Shown here: positions 58,865 through 64,000 of the stretch, one piece after another | Position numbering within the stretch: position 1 is the stretch's first letter | Layout: each line of letters starts with the position of its first letter | Assembly (NCBI GenBank): GCA_951406725.2 | Contig: OX597836.1 | Coordinates: forward strand, 40,362,001 to 40,426,000 | DNA from: Octopus vulgaris | Lineage: Eukaryota | Direction of reading: 5' to 3' | Length of the DNA: 64,000 bases | Notes under the pieces: model-generated | Told to the model about the DNA's origin: nothing | What the model saw: only the letters and a program-made list of their open reading frames with translations | Databases searched by the model: none | Program-made: the position numbers and the translations under genes

Positions 58865-60597
58865 ATTAATATATGATATATATATATATATATATACGAC
58901 GAGCTTCTTACAGTTTTTGTTTGCCAAATCCACTCACGAGGCTTTGATCGGCCGGAGGCTAGAGTAGAAGTCACTTACTCCGATGAGCCATGCAGTGGGA
59001 CTGAACCCGGAACTATTATTGTAGACAAGCAAGCTTCTTACCACACGGCTGCGCAGTAAAAAAAAAACAATAGCACGTTAAAACATTAACCACATTTGTA
59101 TGTTCAATAGTTATCAGTACAAAACGTTTTCGAGTACTAACTACAGATGTAGGTCAACTTCCAAGTTGTACTAAATATATTCAAATGCTAACTGCATGTG
59201 TTATATTAGTTTTATAAAACATCTATTAAAACACTGACCACGTACGTACGTACGTACGTACGAAGAGATGATAGTTAGTGGTACAAAATGCAGCCAATAT
59301 CGACTACATTTGTTGAGAAAAGTTATATCATTTTATTTTATTCAATAACTGATCGATAACGGATCGAATACGACTTCAGATTATATAACAGAACAGAATG
59401 TAAAGAAGGTGAGGTTGTTTCTATGTCTAACACAGCCTCCCCACCATCACCCCCCATCTCTGCTTCTAATTATTTATTTCAACGTCTTTTTATTTATTTA
59501 TCTATTATTTATTTATCTATTTATTTATCTATTTATTTAGTTATTTATTTATTTATTTATTTGTTTATTTATTTATTTATCTCAAGCACATCTGTCTGGG
59601 TTCGACTCCTCTTCTTCGTTTATCTCACTACACCAGAAGTAAACAACAACAACAACAACAACCACAACAACAACAACAACAACAGCAACAACAACAACAG
59701 CAACACTAACATTCCTTCTTCATACGTTGCAGTATAATGTTCCTGCGCTTGTTTGTTTCCTTCTCCCTTTATTAACTTCACCCCCACCCCCACCAAAAAA
59801 AATAAAACACCACCCCAACCCCACCACCCCACCCCACACGCTGCAACCCCACCCGTTTCTCACATCACCACCCTATTACCCTCTGCAACACCCCCGCCCT
59901 CTCTTCTTAATACCCCTGTTTCATCTCTGCAACAAAGGAAATGAAGAAACTGCATATATCTCACCCAACCCCCCCAACTTTCTTCGGCCTTCTATCACCA
60001 TACAGACGCCATTTTGAAATTTTTTTTTTTCCTATACTTTTTCTTCTTCGTTGGCTGTTATTCGATATAGTTGTACGTTTGTTTTCGCCTTCATTTTGTT
60101 TCGTTTCGTTGTGTATTTGTTTTCGCCTTCATTTTGTTTCGTTTCGTTTTGTGTTTGTTGTGTTTTTCCTTTTTGTGGTTGTTATTGTTGATATTGTTTG
60201 TTATTGTCTTTAACGGAGTCGTTGTTGCAGTCGCTGCTGTTGCTACTGCTGCTGCTGCTATTTCTACAACAACTACTGCTGCTGCTACTGTTGTTGTTGT
60301 TGTTGTTGTCTAACATTCTCAAAGATGGGATTACATACGAGAGTACTGTAAGTTATTTTATAATCATTTACAAGAATAACCCAACAGCAAAGTCGGTTTA
60401 GAGCAGAATTTAATTCAGTAAAAGTTCTGCTGACTTCTACTGACACCACTGTCAATAGAACAGCAGTTTACAAAGTATTCTATAACAACAGTAGTAGCAG
60501 CAGTCGCAGCAGCAACACTACAAGTACTATTAGCAGCAGGAGCAGTACCACTAGTAGCAACTGCAGCTGCAGAATCTCGCGAAGATTCAACCATTTC

Positions 60598-60649
<52 letters not shown>

Positions 60650-60665
60650 ATCATCATCATCATCA

Positions 60666-60729
<64 letters not shown>

Positions 60730-60789
60730 CATCATCATCATAATTATGATTATTATTATTATTATTATTATTTTCATTAATTATTATTT

Positions 60790-60850
<61 letters not shown>

Positions 60851-60882
60851 CGTCATCATCATCATTATTATTATTATTATTA

Positions 60883-60924
<42 letters not shown>

Positions 60925-61319
60925 CATTATTATTATTATTATTATTATTATTGAGTGAGAGAGCAGTTCATGCCACCAAAGTGACACTGGGGTAAAAATA
61001 TACGAAGCCCAGTATACCCATCATGACTACCCGTCAAAGAAGGGTACACCAGGCACATGCATCACAACCATATGTGCGCGACATGGTGATCTCATATCAA
61101 GATAAACAGTGCTAGATTAAAAACCTTTATGAGCCCCAGTTCTGTTTCTAAGTTTGATCGTAGGCCTTTGATTCCTTGTTGAATTCATCCACCCTTGTAG
61201 ACCGGAAATGCTTTCGTAGTCTTGTCATGCTGTCCCCTATATCTCCACCCCACCCCATACATCGGAATGAAACCTTAGATGGTGTTGCCGGCTTTGTCAC
61301 TGACAACCCGAGCATGATA

Positions 61320-61521
61320 TACTCTTTACTCTTTTACTTGTTTCAGTCATCTGACTGCGGCCATGCTGGAGCACCGCATTTAGTCGAGCAAATCGACCCC
61401 GGGACTTATTCTTTGTAAGCCCAGTACTTATTCTATCGGTCTCTTTTGCCGAACCGCTAAGTTACGGGGACGTAAACACACCAGCATCGGTTGTCAAGCA
61501 ATGCTAGGGGGACAAACACAA

Positions 61522-61578
<57 letters not shown>

Positions 61579-61745
61579 TACGACGGGCTTCTTTCAGTTT
61601 CCGTCTACCAAATCCACTCACAAGGCATTGGTCGGCCCGGGGCTATAGCAGAAGACACTTGCCCAAGGTGCCACGCAGTGGGACTGAACCCGGAACCATG
61701 TGGTTGGTAAGCAAGCTACTTACCACACAGCCACTCCTCCGCCTA
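61320..61745 (-). mobile_element. SINE family B, full length
   Basis: Reverse-complement match to 20973-21389. Confidence 0.92.
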
Positions 61746-62175
61746 TATATGTAGTTCTGGTTAATATGATCACCAGTAATAGACCACACGAGAAGGTGCC
61801 GAAATGTTCCTGGCCTTAAGGTTATCACGAAAGGCCTGGCTTGAGGCCCAACATCCCAAGTTCTTTTACAGGGCTTAGAAAAACTGAAGGACCGGTGCAA
61901 TAAGAGTGTGACCCTTGGAGGGGAATACGTTGCATAAAATCATAATTAACTAATCTTGTATTTTCTTTCACCTAAACCCAGACACCCCTCATCAATAAGG
62001 CGAGATAGTCATGGATGGAACGACTTTGATTATAGGTTTACTCGAGTAAACCTGGGACTAAACAAGAACTGTTTAATGTAGTTGATAAACCGGAAAGGAC
62101 GAATTTGTTCCCTTGTTCCTTCTTTACACCCACAAAATCTCCAACAATAACGGCCACATCACCTTCAAATAAGAT

Positions 62176-62557
62176 GGAAGCACTCCGTCGGTTCCGACGA
62201 CGAGGGTTCCGGTTGATCCGATCAACGGAACAGCCTGCTCGTGAAATTAACGTGTAAGTGGCTGAGCACTCCACAGACACGTGCACCCTTAACGTAGTTC
62301 TCGGGGATATTCAGCGTGACACAGAGAGTGACAAGGCCGGCTCTTTGAAAAACAGGTACAACAGACACAGGAAGTAAGAGTGAGAGAAAGTTGTGGTGAA
62401 AGAGTACAGCAGGGATCACCACAATCCCTGCCGGAGCATCGTGGAGCTTTAGGTGTTTTCGCTCAATAAACACTCACAACGCCCGGTCTGGGAATCGAAA
62501 CCGCGATCCTACGACCGTGAGTCCGCTGCCCTAACCACTGGGCCATTGCGCCTCCAC
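62176..62557 (-). mobile_element. SINE family C with tail type 2
   Basis: TSD tcaaataagat at 62165-62175 / 62558-62568. Confidence 0.9.
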
Positions 62558-63041
62558 TCAAATAAGATAGCGCAGTTCTAGATATAGCTCAAAAATATCT
62601 TGATGGTCACGGTTGGTATGCTTTTATCATATGTATGCTTGATCATCGGGTTGATATGGAACGAAACAAATAACATTAAGTGCCATAGCTTAGTGTTATG
62701 ACACGATAAGACACATGCAAGTAATTTAAAGAAGGCAGCGTACATAACGGCGTGCAAAACCTGGTTGTTGTGTTTAGCGGATGCAGCAAATATTAATTCT
62801 CCGTAGCTTCAGACTTTTACATGCTTTGAATATTTCATCCCGCGATTTCACTTATCAGTCTCTTAACAGCCAGTAAATTTACCTCCCGACCGTCCGCCCA
62901 AGATGATTTAGCTGACAAAATACGTCTCATGTAACACATCTTAGGTTTATGTACTCATTAAAGAGGGTTTTTGTTTTTAAACATTTTGTACTAGATGTAT
63001 GTACATATATATATATATATACATACATATATATACATATG

Positions 63042-63097
<56 letters not shown>

Positions 63098-63122
63098 TAT
63101 ACATATATATATATATACATGC

Positions 63123-63155
<33 letters not shown>

Positions 63156-63165
63156 TAAATATATA

Positions 63166-63280
<115 letters not shown>

Positions 63281-63411
63281 TTGTATACGTATGTATGAAT
63301 TTTTGTATGTATGTGTGTATATATGTGTTTATATATTTACGTATCCTATAAGAAAGTACTTTTCCATTAACATTCTGAAGACTTATACGTTTGAAACACA
63401 ACATTAATTAC

Positions 63412-63612
63412 CATGATGCCTCGTTGCATTTAACTGAAAGGAGACATTCATGTAATGGCGGCAGTAAAAATTGCGAACCACCAGCTGTGCTAAAGAAATC
63501 ACCTTCACTTTGTGGCTCATATACAAGTAATATGATACTCAATCCCGAGTCGACTGACATCGTAGAGTAAATATGAGTTTGAGTCGATACAGCTCCTGAG
63601 TTTGGGGACAAC
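63412..63612 (-). CDS. Possible isolated 201-nt symmetric coding exon, unknown protein
   Basis: Acceptor taactcag|g, donor atg|gtaatt, length divisible by 3, one open frame (LSPNSGAVSTQTH...VKCNEAS). No homology recognised. Confidence 0.2.
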
Positions 63613-64000
63613 CTGAGTTAATATGTGTATTTATGGAGGTGCAAAAAGATAAATTTTCTTATGAAGTATGTTTTAAGTATACTTCGCAATATATGGGCTG
63701 TATTAAGAATTGCTCATCGTGAGCTAAATCGAAGGATAAGAGAAATTATAGAAGGAACGTATCTGGGAAATCAACACAAATTCCAAAGCATTCTTTAAAG
63801 CACACAACGAAATAAATATGCATGTGAATTTATTCAAATTAGTGAATAAAATTACGTGTAAAATATTTCGTTTTTGGATTTGGTTTGCAAGATTCTTTAT
63901 ATGAGTTTGTGTGTTGAAGCATATTCTATTGTGTCCGGGGAGAGTCATTTTCTTTTTGTGCCTTATTATGTAACACACTCATCGGTAAAATTTCCACGTT

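Overview
This is repeat-saturated, AT-rich animal DNA that looks intronic or intergenic. The SINE families and microsatellite load suggest an octopod cephalopod, which is an inference from repeat content. No cellular protein-coding gene can be supported, and almost all long ORFs in the track are microsatellite read-throughs. The only recognisable coding remnants are retrotransposon 3' fragments: three RTE-type pieces and one R4/Dong-type endonuclease C-terminus sitting in (TAA)n. The window also holds dozens of copies of four tRNA-derived SINE families with modular tails, a hAT MITE, a Tc1/mariner MITE, a non-autonomous Helitron and three tandem arrays. The main finding is a set of short non-coding elements, mostly in or beside (TA)n/(CATA)n tracts, that carry minimal type-I hammerhead ribozyme folds (about 12 intact-looking motifs plus decayed ones). 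Several occur back-to-back in long palindromes. Their cores show compensatory swaps of the 3:8 tertiary pair (C3:G8, A3:U8, U3:A8) and a recurrent U4C change. This is consistent with non-autonomous Penelope-like or retrozyme-type elements. All folds were read by eye, and cleavage activity is untested.
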